A DNA stretch of 64,000 bases from Podarcis liolepis (Eukaryota): the NCBI GenBank assembly GCA_965112155.1, contig OZ218101.1. The stretch is one strand, 5' to 3'. The notes beneath the pieces are model-generated. The model had not been told where the DNA came from, ran no database searches, and saw nothing but the letters and a program-made list of their open reading frames with translations. Both the position numbers and the translations under genes were made by a program. How positions within the stretch are numbered: position 1 is the stretch's first letter; every line of letters begins with the position of its first letter. Positions 47,701 to 58,595 of the stretch are shown here, piece after piece.

Positions 47701-50430
47701 ATGCATACATGCTGTAATATAAAATCAAAATACCAAATTTATTATTCTTTTACAGCACTTTTCAGAGTGCAGAATAGTATTAAAATTCCCCAAAAGCACT
47801 GTGAGGGTGAAAACTAATGTCACATAAGCAAACTTCCACAGTGAAGCTTCCTCTTCTTTTTCTTCTCCCTGCAACATGCCCACCCCACTCCCAGGGCAAA
47901 TCTATTGTTAATCTAGATCTTGCAAACCTCATGAGTAAATTTTGAGGACTGCAGGGAGAGGAGAGGAAGAGAAAGCCCTCTTCAGAAATCTGTTCCACTC
48001 ATGTACAGACAACACAGGGTGTTATTTCTTATGTGTATTAAAACATTTTTTTATTTTCTTCAGGAAAAATAAGTCATCTTAATTTGTGTATTACATAAAT
48101 AAAAAGCTTCATTACAGAAATTTATAATATAGGATGAGACCCAGTGGAGCTTGAGTGAGCATCTACTTAGTCAGTGAGGCTTCTGCTTTCTCTTCTCCCC
48201 CCATGTATCCCCCAAATCTGTTCTGGAGGTTGGGAAGAAATTCTGGAGTAGATATTGGGAATGTGTGGCAGAAGAGAGAAAATGGTGAGAAGAGAAACCC
48301 AAGTCCCATTACACAAGTAGATTTCCACTGCCCAAGCAGGCAGACATCCTTGGATGTCACCTACAGAGACCAGAAAAACCAATTAATAACTTACACTTCC
48401 AAAGTATTTATCAAGCAATTCCACATAACGGTGAATTATTTCCAGGGTTATTAGCTCATTATCCTGATCTTCAATGGCACAGCAAAAGTAGAGACTTGCA
48501 TATCTGAAAGAAACAGGTTACTCTAATTATGAAACACTGCCAGATTTTTGTTTTAAGAATTATACATACCCATTACATATTTCACAGAAATTAACAGTGC
48601 CAACTTCCTCAGAGTAATGCATTAACTTTCAAAATTAACCTGAATTCACTAACTTTACAAACTGGCTTGAAAATAGCTTTATTATGGCTTTTTCCAAGTA
48701 CCTCATTGTAGTTGCCAGTTTGTGGACAAGTTTCATATTTGAGTGTGTTATCAACAGTTATTCAATCAATAGCTATAGGAAAGAATAATTATAATAGCAG
48801 TTATTGTTTTTATGAAAACAAACTTTCAAGATGGCTGTGGAAGCGCTACCCCCAGCAATCTTTTCCATCTCAAGGGCCACATATACCAGTAGTGAGTGGG
48901 GTGTAGAATGAGATACTTAATTTTGTACAGTAAGCTATATTCTGCCAAATAAAAGCCAGAGTCTTCTAAATACACACACACCTTTTATCCTCCACCCAGG
49001 CAAGGAAGGTGCATTTCAAGAACACATTACAGCCAGGCAAATCACTTTAGGCGGATGCAGAGTGAAGGGTGTGGCCTGAATGGAGATAGAGGCCTGGAGG
49101 ATGTTGGAAGTGCTACAGCAGGGATCATTCAGTTTGTAATTTAAGGGTAACCTTTGTTATCCGTAAGTCAACCAGCCAGTAAGGGTAGAGGAGTCGCTTA
49201 GCAACCAGTAAAGGTAAAATGGTGTTTGCTGAAGCAGCATGTGCCTATTTATACATTGCTTTTGTTCATTTTCCTCAGCACAGTGTTATCAGGATTTCTT
49301 TTATTTCTGGCTACATCGGCATTATTTAAGTGACTTTGCTAAGAGAGGGGCCCCCAAGGTTCCCCACCCTACTCTAGAACACAATCATCATCCTAGGTAC
49401 TTTTATCCTAGGTACACAAGATCAAGCCTTTTCCATGATGGCTTCCCACTTGTTGAATGCTCTCTCCAGGGAGGCATGCCTGGCACAACCTTTATCTGTT
49501 TTTATCTGCCAGGCAAAGACTTTTCTCTTTGTCCCTTAATTTGAAGTGTGGCATTGTGGCTTGTTTCAGTGGGGTGCGATCAGTAAGTCCTCATCTGTAT
49601 TATCAGTTTAACAGTGTTTTAAAATTTTTATTGCATTTTCTCAGCTGTAGAAACTCGGCAAATAAAATAAAATAAATAAAGTGGTAAGTAGTTTCGCAGG
49701 GCGTGACATTTCCAACTGTCAGAGATTTATGAATGCACTGAAGCACAGGTAGTACTTGATCTGTTTACCTATTGAAACAAAGATTGAAATAATTTCACTG
49801 TGGTAGCAAGAACAATTTTCTTCATGGCATTAAGCAGACAGTACAACATTCCAGAGCTCTTAAATTTACAGTTGAACAGGCGAGAAGTATAAGATAGTGT
49901 AATTGTGCAACCTTTCTATATTTGAGCAAAATCAAGTCCTAGCTTATATAAAATAAAATGATGTAACATTTTAACATTCAAGTACATTAAATAGCCTTTA
50001 AAACATAGTTTTCAAATATGTATGCCTCATTTAATGAAAAATCTGAGTGCATAACTATTTTATTAAGTGTAAAATTATCTCATTTTTACAACACAGAAAA
50101 AGTACTGCAGACATAATTCCTACAATGCTACTGAATTATATTTGAGGAAAGTTGAATATGTTTTTCACACATAAGAGAAGAAATCCTTATTCCTACTATT
50201 CAGTATATCTTTTGTTGGATAGAACTTATAAGTGTAAGCATGGAAAACCACCTTTTGTAGACAATCTTCAGGTCCCTCCACTCCAGAAAACTGCACATTT
50301 TCGGTTTACGGGCCAAGACTGTTTGAACAAGTTCTCTTGTGATTTTCTTCTTTTCTTTGTCAGATAATGGGACATACCATTTCTGAAGTCTCAGCTTCCC
50401 TTGACGACTAAAAAGCAACATAAACTGCAT
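32673..50430 (-). CDS. AP1S2: AP1S2, AP-1 complex subunit sigma-2 (sigma1B), 157 aa
   Basis: Exons 50430-50252, 48503-48395, 47190-47053, 32720-32673 (474 nt). Reads [67 protein letters not shown]. Adjacent to ZRSR2 as in other vertebrates. Confidence 0.97.
33321..33329 (-). CDS. AP1S2: AP1S2 9-nt microexon GATGCTAAA (DAK)
   Basis: TGCCTTGTTTAG|GATGCTAAA|GTAAGT; in frame; gives the known QE-DAK-EAETPR isoform. Confidence 0.85.
35527..35562 (-). CDS. AP1S2: AP1S2 alternative terminal exon [11 protein letters not shown]
   Basis: Acceptor TTTCTTTTGTAG|, phase 0, 11 codons then TAA; matches a recalled mammalian AP1S2 isoform tail. Confidence 0.75.
   Translation of the reverse strand, partial: PRHEYFNVPVY
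37835..38950. mobile_element. Cluster of a degenerate L2 fragment and two tRNA-derived SINE copies (~37835-37990 plus, ~38335-38495 minus)
   Basis: A/B-box-like heads (TAGCTCAG..GGTTCAATCCC) and L2 remnants (MGLPLK..,FKELVITFK); boundaries approximate. Confidence 0.5.
39209..39422. mobile_element. Tigger-type MITE
   Basis: CAGTGGTACTTCTGGATG / CATCCCGAGGTATGACTG ends; TA TSDs. Confidence 0.8.
44018..44266 (+). mobile_element. tRNA-derived SINE (CORE/Squam3-like) with (CTT)n tail
   Basis: A-box TGGTGTAGTGG, B-box GGTTCGATTCC, CORE-like GGGTGACCTTGGGC, CTT tail. Confidence 0.8.
45422..45684. mobile_element. Tigger-type MITE, inverted relative to 28653-28872
   Basis: TIR CAGTGGT(G/A)CCTCGCAAGACGAA; TA TSDs. 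Confidence 0.88.
47053..47190 (-). CDS. AP1S2: AP1S2 coding exon 3
   Basis: [46 protein letters not shown]. Confidence 0.97.
48395..48503 (-). CDS. AP1S2: AP1S2 coding exon 2
   Basis: [36 protein letters not shown]. Confidence 0.97.
50252..50430 (-). CDS. AP1S2: AP1S2 first coding exon
   Basis: CAG|ATG CAG TTT..; donor AG|GTGGTT. Confidence 0.97.
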
Positions 50431-51407
50431 CTGTTGAGTTAAATAAAACACAGTTTCATGTCAATCCTTCAGACCCGTTGCATAGTGTGTGCTATACATT
50501 TGAGAAAGCTTTTGAACATTAAGATCACCAGCATTTTTCTTTCCAATTAAGCTTTAAAAGCAGCCTCTGGGAAAGGACATCAAGGACTTGATCTCAAAAG
50601 ATAGACAGTGGCTTGTATTATTAAATAATTATTTTGAAAAATCTGGGTAAGTTAAACACAGTAGTGAGTTTTATCTAGAAATCATCTAAATTGTATACAA
50701 CTGTATACAAGTGAAGTTTAAATGCAAAACATATTCACAGCAGTTAATCATAATATACTATCATCTTCCCATTGAAGACAAATGTAGCATAATGCCCTAG
50801 GTTAAAATTGCTGCTGTTTTTATAAACACTTCTATAACTCATTGCACAGCAATAATTCTCAACTCTGAAAAGCTACAAATTTCATATTAAACAGATCTCT
50901 AGTAGCATGATCCTTGTTATCTGGGTCAGTATTCTTCAACTCTGGGTTCCCAGACATTGTTGGATTTCAGCACCCACCATCCCCAGCCATTTGAGGGCTT
51001 AGACAATGGTCAGGGATGATGCAAGTTGTAGTCCTATAACTTCTGGGGACCAAAGACCACTGATCTAGTTATGCTGTTGCAGGTGCACAATATACTTTGT
51101 TAAAAACCAGCCCATTCTTCTACACTGACACTGCGACTGTACACAAAAGGTATGACATAAAATAACCATGCTGAAAATATAATGCTGTTGGTCAGACTGG
51201 CCTAAGCCTTCTTCCTATATCTATGTCTACTTCTTTCTGCAAGCAGGCTATACAGAAATTGTAAACAAATTCTACACCCAACTTGAAAGACATCCTGCAA
51301 ACATTTATGCAAGCATTACACATAATCCACCATACAGATTGTGGAAGGTTTACTTATGTGTGCAAATTTAGGTAACAGATAAATGTGTATTGTTTTGTGG
51401 TTCATTA

Positions 51408-51778
51408 TGTTGGCTTTTTGCAGTATAGTAACGCTGCAGAGAGCTTGCTGGGGAGATCATGCATTAAAAAGAAAGGACTCAAAAATAACTTAAAGAAGGT
51501 TTTAATAAGAAAAACAAAAACTCCATTAACACTAAATATATTAACAAACAAACATGACCCAACCACCAACCCATCCCCCAGGGTAATGGGAGAGCTAGGT
51601 GCTGCTCCTTATATACTACACCCAGATGCTGACACACCTTAATCAAATACAACTCAGCAGCACCTGCTATGTTACACAGCTGTAAAGCTGGGTCTCGTTA
51701 TCTTGCTCTGGCCCCTTAAAGACATACACATGGAGTGGAACAATGATGAACCTTTACATTTAAAGTAACCATTCAACA
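51408..51778 (-). repeat. 3' LTR (371 bp, TGTTG..CAACA)
   Basis: No mismatch to 54909-55272 over 364 bp by eye; PPT GCAGGGGAAA adjacent on the minus strand (51779-51788). Confidence 0.95.
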
Positions 51779-51916
51779 TTTCCCCTGCGGTTCATCATTG
51801 TGGAACAAAAACATAAAGCATACTTTGTACATGTTTTTCATGTGTAACCTTTGGAAGTGCTTCTTGTAAACTGCAACCTATAATGTTTGGTATGTTTAAG
51901 GTACATTACCACTCTC

Positions 51917-53677
51917 TTAAGAGCAGAGAAACATTGTGTAGTGGGCTTTTCCACAAATTGATGCATCTTTTAACAAAAGCTTAACTGTTTCATATTTTAC
52001 ACTTGGTGAATAGCACAAATCATAATCTTCGCCTGGAATTTGTTGAAAGACCCTAGCAACTAGTCTTGCCTTGTACCTTACAACTTCATTTTTGTCATTC
52101 ATTTTAACTCTATAAACCCATTTTGAATCAATAAGTCTCATATCTGGGGTTTGTGGTACGAGAGACCAAGTGTTATGCTCTTTTAAAGAAGCTATCTCAG
52201 AGTTCATAGCTTTATACCAATTTACAGCTTGGTGCTTAGGTAACTTCTGAACATCATTGTAGCTTTTTGGCTCAAAAACCACCTTATTGGCATACACAGT
52301 ATTAAAATGTTCATCTGCAAAACGTTGTGGCTTCTGCCTCTTTCTATCTGAACGTCTCAGTCCGGAAGGAGAGTCAGACTCCTCAGACTTAATGGGACTG
52401 AGTGAACTACTAGTTTCAGGTTGTAAATCATCATTGTCAGACTGAAGAGGTGCCTGTAGGCTAAGCTCACGGTCAGAAAACTCAAGAGAATCTAGCCTCC
52501 CCTCGGGTGCCTGTGACTTTAAATCCTCAAACAAATTATCAGATCCAACAGGCTTTTTGTCTTTTTCCATTAATTCAGAAGCACCATTTCCTCCTGCTTC
52601 TGCTTCTTCTACCTCTTCTTCCCCAGTATCATTTATACCATCAGTATCTTGGAAAACAGCAACCCCATTCCACTTTACAGTTTGTATCATGCTTCTGGTA
52701 ATATGAAATTTGCCAGTTGCTGGGACGTAAATTCTGTACGCCCCCTGCTGGTAGCCCATTAATTTTCCCTGGACACTACGCTCACCCAATTTCTGCTTAG
52801 CAGGATAATGCATAATTACATCTGAACCCCTAATACGTAGGTATTTCAGATTAGGGCGTTTTTTAAACAACTTCTCATAGGGGGTGACATCTAAACCAGA
52901 ATTATAACTGCGATTTCTAACATAACAAAAGGCATGGAGCGCTTCAGCCCAAAAGTCTTTGGGCAGATTAGCATCGTGCAGATAAGTTTTAACCCCTGCC
53001 TGCAAGTCACGCTGCACAACTTCAACAAGCCCATTTTGCCAGGGACTTCGGGGGCAAGATAACTCATGAGTAGTCCCCTGCGCTTCCAGGAATTTCTCAA
53101 AATCCTCAGAAACAAATTCCCCACCCCGGTCAGAAAACAGGTTCTTAATTGGTTTGTTAAAGTGCGTTTTTACCCAGTTGCAAAAAAACTTGTACTTCTC
53201 AAATGCTTGGGACTTCTCAGCTATTGCATAAGTCCAACAATATCTACTATACTGGTCTATGAGAGTAAGCCAGTACTTAGAACCTCCTAATGATGGTGGG
53301 AGTGGCCCAACTAAATCACAATGTACACGCTCAAATGGCTCAGTTACTTTCCTATCTGAGCACCTACCCTTGTGTGCAACCTTAATCTTATTCTTGCAAC
53401 AGGATAGACATTGCATAAAGAATTTGCATGGTTTTAAGTTGAGGCCATTGACAATATTCTTTGTCTTAATTACATCAGCAAAATTCAGGTGTCCCAGAAT
53501 TCTGTGCGCCACGTGGATACACCCAGAATGTGGTCTTACATTCCTCAACCCCTGGCTTGACTGTGCTGCTCTGCAATTTATATGCGATTGTGAGTAGGTG
53601 TGAAAATACAGTCTATATAAACCATCAGATTCCCGGGCATACAATAGACGTTTGTTCCCCTCGAAAAACTCACACAT
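51917..53677 (-). CDS. Copia integrase (HHCC, DDE, GKGY) plus N-terminal stub of RT; out of frame with gag-PR
   Basis: HRILGH..CLSC, HCDLVGP, SDRGGEF, QNGLVE, GKLMGY, NTWSLV..SKWVYRVK..YKARLVAR; no YVDD motif. Confidence 0.9.
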   Translation of the reverse strand: MCEFFEGNKRLLYARESDGLYRLYFHTYSQSHINCRAAQSSQGLRNVRPHSGCIHVAHRILGHLNFADVIKTKNIVNGLNLKPCKFFMQCLSCCKNKIKVAHKGRCSDRKVTEPFERVHCDLVGPLPPSLGGSKYWLTLIDQYSRYCWTYAIAEKSQAFEKYKFFCNWVKTHFNKPIKNLFSDRGGEFVSEDFEKFLEAQGTTHELSCPRSPWQNGLVEVVQRDLQAGVKTYLHDANLPKDFWAEALHAFCYVRNRSYNSGLDVTPYEKLFKKRPNLKYLRIRGSDVIMHYPAKQKLGERSVQGKLMGYQQGAYRIYVPATGKFHITRSMIQTVKWNGVAVFQDTDGINDTGEEEVEEAEAGGNGASELMEKDKKPVGSDNLFEDLKSQAPEGRLDSLEFSDRELSLQAPLQSDNDDLQPETSSSLSPIKSEESDSPSGLRRSDRKRQKPQRFADEHFNTVYANKVVFEPKSYNDVQKLPKHQAVNWYKAMNSEIASLKEHNTWSLVPQTPDMRLIDSKWVYRVKMNDKNEVVRYKARLVARVFQQIPGEDYDLCYSPSVKYETVKLLLKDASICGKAHYTMFLCS

Positions 53678-54791
53678 AGACTAAGAAACGCACAGTTATG
53701 CCTTGACGGGCAAAGCACCTTACTGACAATAAATTGTCCACTGACGGGCAGTAAATGCAGTTCGCTATTGTAATGTTTAAAGAGTCAAGTTTAACAGTAC
53801 CCCTGCCAAGCGACTGCAGGACTTGTGAATTGGCTAAATGTACATTACCAATTTCCTCTTCGAAAGAAATAAACAAGCTTCGATCATTGCAGACGTGCTG
53901 CGATGCTCCTGAGTCGACAACAAAAGACTTCCACTTGGCACCTTTAATTCTTTTACGATCTTTAGTCCAAGCGTGAAAAGCTCGCGGCTCGTTTCTGTCC
54001 TTACGGTACGATGCCGGCTGCTGGGCTGACGACCGTGATTGACGAACAGAAACAGGCTTGGGAGTACTTTGCTTTCCTTTGGATCTGCAGTCCCTTGCAA
54101 AATGTCCTTGCTTATTGCAGAACCAACAACGCTTTGCAGCTTTAAATGCAGTTGTATCACCACAGGTTTGCATATGGCGTTCCTCATTCTTTCTGGAAAC
54201 AGGAGTGCTTATGGCACAAGCCTCCCTTCTATCCAACTCGCCCATTAATCTTGCCGTTACCCCTTCCACAGTTAATTGTGCTGGTGGAACAGCAGATATC
54301 TGGCTAGCTATACCATCAAAGTCCTCATTAAGGGAACAAAGGATGATAAAAATATACTGAATATCAGGTATCTCCATGTCCCTTTGAATTGATTCGCCGC
54401 GTATTGCCTCCAGACGTCTCAAGTGTGCTGCCAAATCACCACCAGGCTGCAACTTCGTCTGGTACAACTGCTTGAAAAACGTCAATGCAGACGCTGACTC
54501 TTTTCTAACATGCACTGCTGCAAGACTGTCCCACATTTCTTTGGCAGTTTTCTTATTCCTTATATAGACTACTTGCTGGTCGCTGACTGCCAAATTAATT
54601 ATCGCCCTGGCTTTTGCATCTCCTTTCGACCAAGCATTAGTTACAGGGTCAGGAGGGTCATCAGTTACATAGGTCCATACTTCTCTAGAGGTCAAAAGCG
54701 CCTCCACCCGAAAAGACCATAAACTATAGTTCTCATCTGTTAGCTGTGGGAAGACCAGAGCCTTCTCAGCTTCAGGAACCCGGTCAACCAT
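53670..54791 (-). CDS. Copia Gag (CCHC knuckle) plus aspartic protease
   Basis: LTDENYSLWSFRVEALL, CWFCNKQGHFARDC, VVDSGASQH; ATG at 54791. Confidence 0.9.
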   Translation of the reverse strand: MVDRVPEAEKALVFPQLTDENYSLWSFRVEALLTSREVWTYVTDDPPDPVTNAWSKGDAKARAIINLAVSDQQVVYIRNKKTAKEMWDSLAAVHVRKESASALTFFKQLYQTKLQPGGDLAAHLRRLEAIRGESIQRDMEIPDIQYIFIILCSLNEDFDGIASQISAVPPAQLTVEGVTARLMGELDRREACAISTPVSRKNEERHMQTCGDTTAFKAAKRCWFCNKQGHFARDCRSKGKQSTPKPVSVRQSRSSAQQPASYRKDRNEPRAFHAWTKDRKRIKGAKWKSFVVDSGASQHVCNDRSLFISFEEEIGNVHLANSQVLQSLGRGTVKLDSLNITIANCIYCPSVDNLLSVRCFARQGITVRFLVYV

Positions 54792-54889
54792 TCTGGAACT
54801 CTTCCAGACCCACAAAAACTACGCTAACAGGAGAAGGAGTTTTCAAACCTTTCTCAGAGTCCAAAAATATGCAGTCATCCACTCAGCAG

Positions 54890-54904
54890 CTGGGCCCATA
54901 ACCA
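54890..54904 (-). promoter_or_regulatory. Copia-type primer binding site TGGTTATGGGCCCAG (internal tRNA-iMet fragment priming)
   Basis: Lies just inside the 5' LTR; GGTTATGGGCCCAG is the classical copia PBS. Confidence 0.85.
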
Positions 54905-54908
54905 AAGA

Positions 54909-55272
54909 TGTTGGCTTTTTGCAGTATAGTAACGCTGCAGAGAGCTTGCTGGGGAGATCATGCATTAAAAAGAAAGGACTCAAAAATAACTTAAAGAAGG
55001 TTTTAATAAGAAAAACAAAAACTCCATTAACACTAAATATATTAACAAACAAACATGACCCAACCACCAACCCATCCCCCAGGGTAATGGGAGAGCTAGG
55101 TGCTGCTCCTTATATACTACACCCAGATGCTGACACACCTTAATCAAATACAACTCAGCAGCACCTGCTATGTTACACAGCTGTAAAGCTGGGTCTCGTT
55201 ATCTTGCTCTGGCCCCTTAAAGACATACACATGGAGTGGAACAATGATGAACCTTTACATTTAAAGTAACCA
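54909..55272 (-). repeat. 5' LTR (364 bp, outer 7 bp missing)
   Basis: Direct repeat of the 3' LTR at offset 3501. Confidence 0.95.
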
Positions 55273-57139
55273 GGCTTCTAATTTTTATTTTTAAAAAGCG
55301 AAGAAAAGAACCTATAATGCAACAAAACAACCTGGGAGAAGCAGCTAAAAACAAGCAAAATATACTAAAGAACCAACTTATAAACTTTAAAATGCCTTGA
55401 TAACTGCGCCTGAACAATATGTGGTGGGGAGGCAGGTAAAAGAGGAAGTGATGGCATCCACACTAAATGGTATTAAAATATCTTTAAAGTGGTATTAAGT
55501 ATTCTTCCTATATCTTTCATAGATGAAGAGAGAGGTCTCTGCAACTTCTCATCCTGACACTACAATTGTTGTTGTTATTAAATTTTGTATATTTCCCTCC
55601 CTACATCTGTAGATCTCAATTTGACAATTTATATGTGCCAAAATGATCCCTTCTATCTAGCTACTAAAGGTATAGAAATCCTGTCTTCCATATAATCTGG
55701 TCAGCCCAGAAAAAGCAGGAACATTGATGCTTCAAACATGAGATGTGATTCACATATTGCAAGCCATACTTGAAGATAGATCTTTGGTTTCAGAAGGTGG
55801 AAAATACTGAAGAAAATTATGTACCATCACCCTATCTTTTGAGTTCAACAAAGTGCATCTGGGATGAACAGCTCTTATCACCAACTATACATATTGTGGT
55901 CAAATAAATTTGTACTAAAGAATATCCACACACACCAAATATGCATGCAGTTCTTTCTTAAGATCAAGAGAACTTTGGAATTGAAATCTTTTTGAATGAA
56001 CTACCTAGACCTTGTTGGCCACACACAAATATAAAAGTTGCCCCTCTTACAAGTAGATGCAGCCATGACAGGTCCATTCCTACTTAGGGTATTATCTTCA
56101 AAATGGAGTTAGAACATGAAAACACCAAGTTCATGAGGTGTGTAGCTGTGAGCTGAAGATTTTGACTAAGCCTTGCTTGCAGAAGTTGTTTTTCTGTAAG
56201 CTCTCCTCACTATGTAGAAGGCCTCAGTGAACGTTACAAGAGTTACTTTGAACTTTAAAGGCACTCGTCTCTATAAAAATACAAGTTAAAAAGCAATTTG
56301 TATTCTGGAGCCAGAGCAGTCTGGACAGTTAAATACGGAAATTTAGTACCACACATTTCTCAATCTGAATATAGTGATGTATCTCTCACTTTATCACATG
56401 AGATACAGGAAGAGGAGCAAGGAACAAACAAAAGGAAGTCCTCCGAGAGAACTTCAGAGCAATATAGATTTGTTCTATTTTACAAATCCCAGAACATTAG
56501 GCATAATCTAATCTGATCTATGAAGTGTCCTTAAATGGGTTATTTGTATGGAGAATCAAAACTGCAATAATACCATAGGGCAAAAAGCTTACCTTATTTA
56601 TAATACATTTCTAGTGGCTAATCTCCTTAGTGGAGAAGCAGCTCACCTGCAATCCCCAATATTTGTCCAGAAGGCTATAGCACTCATGCTCAAAAAAATG
56701 ATCTCTCTCCCTCCTTCTCCCAGGGTCTCTCAGCATACATATGCAAGACCACACTAAGGACAAACACCATCCTGCTTTTAGGCTTTAAGCGCTTCGAATT
56801 CGCATTTAAGCATGTGCTGGGAAGGGATGGAGGGGAGAGGGGAGCCACCTTTGTTCATCCAGGCTGCGTGTGGATTACACCCTCCTCAAAAAAGAGAGAG
56901 AAATAGCTGAAGCGCATGTTAGGAGCTGGTTACCCCACTCATACATCCACTTCCTTCCAGCATCCCATTTATGAGGAATCGCGCACGGGTCCACTAGAAG
57001 CAAAATCCACAATAAAATGCTACAAGTGAAGGGGTTTTTTCCAGGGGGGTGTTGTTGTGTTTGTGTTTGTTGAAGGCAGACAGCCTGCCAAGCCAGCGTG
57101 GCATCAGGGGCCACGAGAAGGACCGAGGGCAGCGCCAAG

Positions 57140-57262
57140 GGGCCAGGCAGGAGACTCTTGATCTCAGCGAGGTCGCGGGTTCGAGCCCCGCGTTGGGAAA
57201 AGGAGTCGTGCATTGTATGGGGTCGGACTAGATGACCCTCGCGTTTCCTTCGAACTCCTACC
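57140..57262 (+). mobile_element. tRNA-derived SINE with CR1-like tail
   Basis: B-box GGTTCGAGCCC; GGACTAGATGACC..TTCGAACTC tail. Confidence 0.55.
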
Positions 57263-57289
57263 ATCTCCTTCAGAATAGGGCCTAACACC

Positions 57290-58320
57290 GACGGGTCACG
57301 AACAGCTCGACGGACGCCTACCCCGCCAAGACCTCGAGGAAAAATAGTCTTTTTTCTTTTTTGTGAGCACGTAGAGCCCGCGCGGCTTGTATACAAATGC
57401 ACGCGCTGTGTATTCCTGTACCTGGCCGCACATTTTTATATATGCAAACGACGACGGCGGAGAACAAGAGGCAGCGGGAGAGTCTTTACAGCCGGTCTTT
57501 ACAGCCTCCCCGCCTTCCACCCGTCGGCGTATTAAAAAAAAGGGGGGCTCCGTGAGGAGACGCCTCTGACCGTTATAAGGAGGCAAAGGCGCGCGCGCGC
57601 GAGGCCAGGCTCGCCGCATCACTTACCGTTAGTCAGGAGCGTTCGAAGCGCGCGCACCGGTGTCTCTGCGTGAGTGTGTGCGTGTGTGTGGAGGGTGTCT
57701 GCTCAGCGCTCTCTCAAACTACGCAGGGAGCAACCGCCGCCACGCTCCCCACCAGAGCGAGGGAAGGGAGGGGCGCCTCACGGCGAGCAGGCCGTGCCAA
57801 CTGTGGCGGGGCCAGGAGGCGGGGCCAGGAGCTCGTCGCAGGGGGCGGGCGGGCGGCCCCACTTCTTCTCTTCAGCCACCAAACTTCATTCGCCCCCTCG
57901 GAGCGGACACCAGGGTGTACCCAAGGGGCGGGGTGTGCGTGGGAGCGCGGCGGGGCGGGGTTGGTGAAAGGAGGAGGAAGGATTTCCCGGGCAGCCAATC
58001 CCTGAGGCCGAACCGCACGACAGAAGGTTGGGGAGCGGGTAGTAACCGGTGCGCAGGCAACAGCCATCCGGACACGGCGGGTTGTGACAGGAGCGAGGTG
58101 GACCAATCAGAAAGCCGGGTAGACGTAACGTTGTCTTTCCCCCGCCTCTCCTCGCATCTCGCCAATCAAAAGCACAAGGGGAAAGCAGATCAGCCAATCA
58201 GACGGGGACGTGGACGCCCTCTTCTTGCCCACCAAGGCACACAAGGCGGTATATGAAGCCTCGACAGAATTGCACCGATTGCACATGCGCAGGGTCGTTC
58301 ACTCCCCCCCCCCCGGTAAT
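57290..58320 (-). promoter_or_regulatory. AP1S2 CpG-island promoter with GC boxes and multiple CCAAT boxes (~57995, 58103, 58162, 58194)
   Basis: CpG-dense; GGGGCGGG and CCAATC motifs. Confidence 0.75.
57627..57720 (-). other. AP1S2: AP1S2 non-coding exon 1 (5' boundary uncertain)
   Basis: Strong donor ACG|GTAAGT at 57627/57626 inside the CpG island; the next exon begins at the ATG. Confidence 0.7.
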
Positions 58321-58380
58321 TGGGTTCCAGCTTGTCATCGTTAAGCTACGTCTTCTCTGTAACTCTCCCTCTAGTCTTTT

Positions 58381-58381
<1 letters not shown>

Positions 58382-58440
<59 letters not shown>
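58382..58440. repeat. (CA)n microsatellite
   Basis: Direct reading. Confidence 0.95.
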
Positions 58441-58442
<2 letters not shown>

Positions 58443-58536
58443 TTAAACGCAAGGAAGTGTACTACCCTATTTAAGCTCCAGGAACCCCAGAATGAGGGGA
58501 AATGACTCTTCGTGCAATTGTGTCAGAGGACAGTCT

Positions 58537-58537
<1 letters not shown>

Positions 58538-58595
<58 letters not shown>

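Larger units (their letters stand above)
51408..55272 (-). mobile_element. Ty1/copia LTR retrotransposon, internally deleted (gag-PR-IN present, most RT and RNaseH lost), in AP1S2 intron 1
   Basis: Two LTRs, PBS, PPT, and copia domain order PR-IN-RT. Confidence 0.95.

Noticed and set aside
57296-58256. Multiple 100-200 aa ORFs in the AP1S2 CpG island
   Set aside because: Expected in stop-poor GC-rich promoter DNA; no recognisable domains
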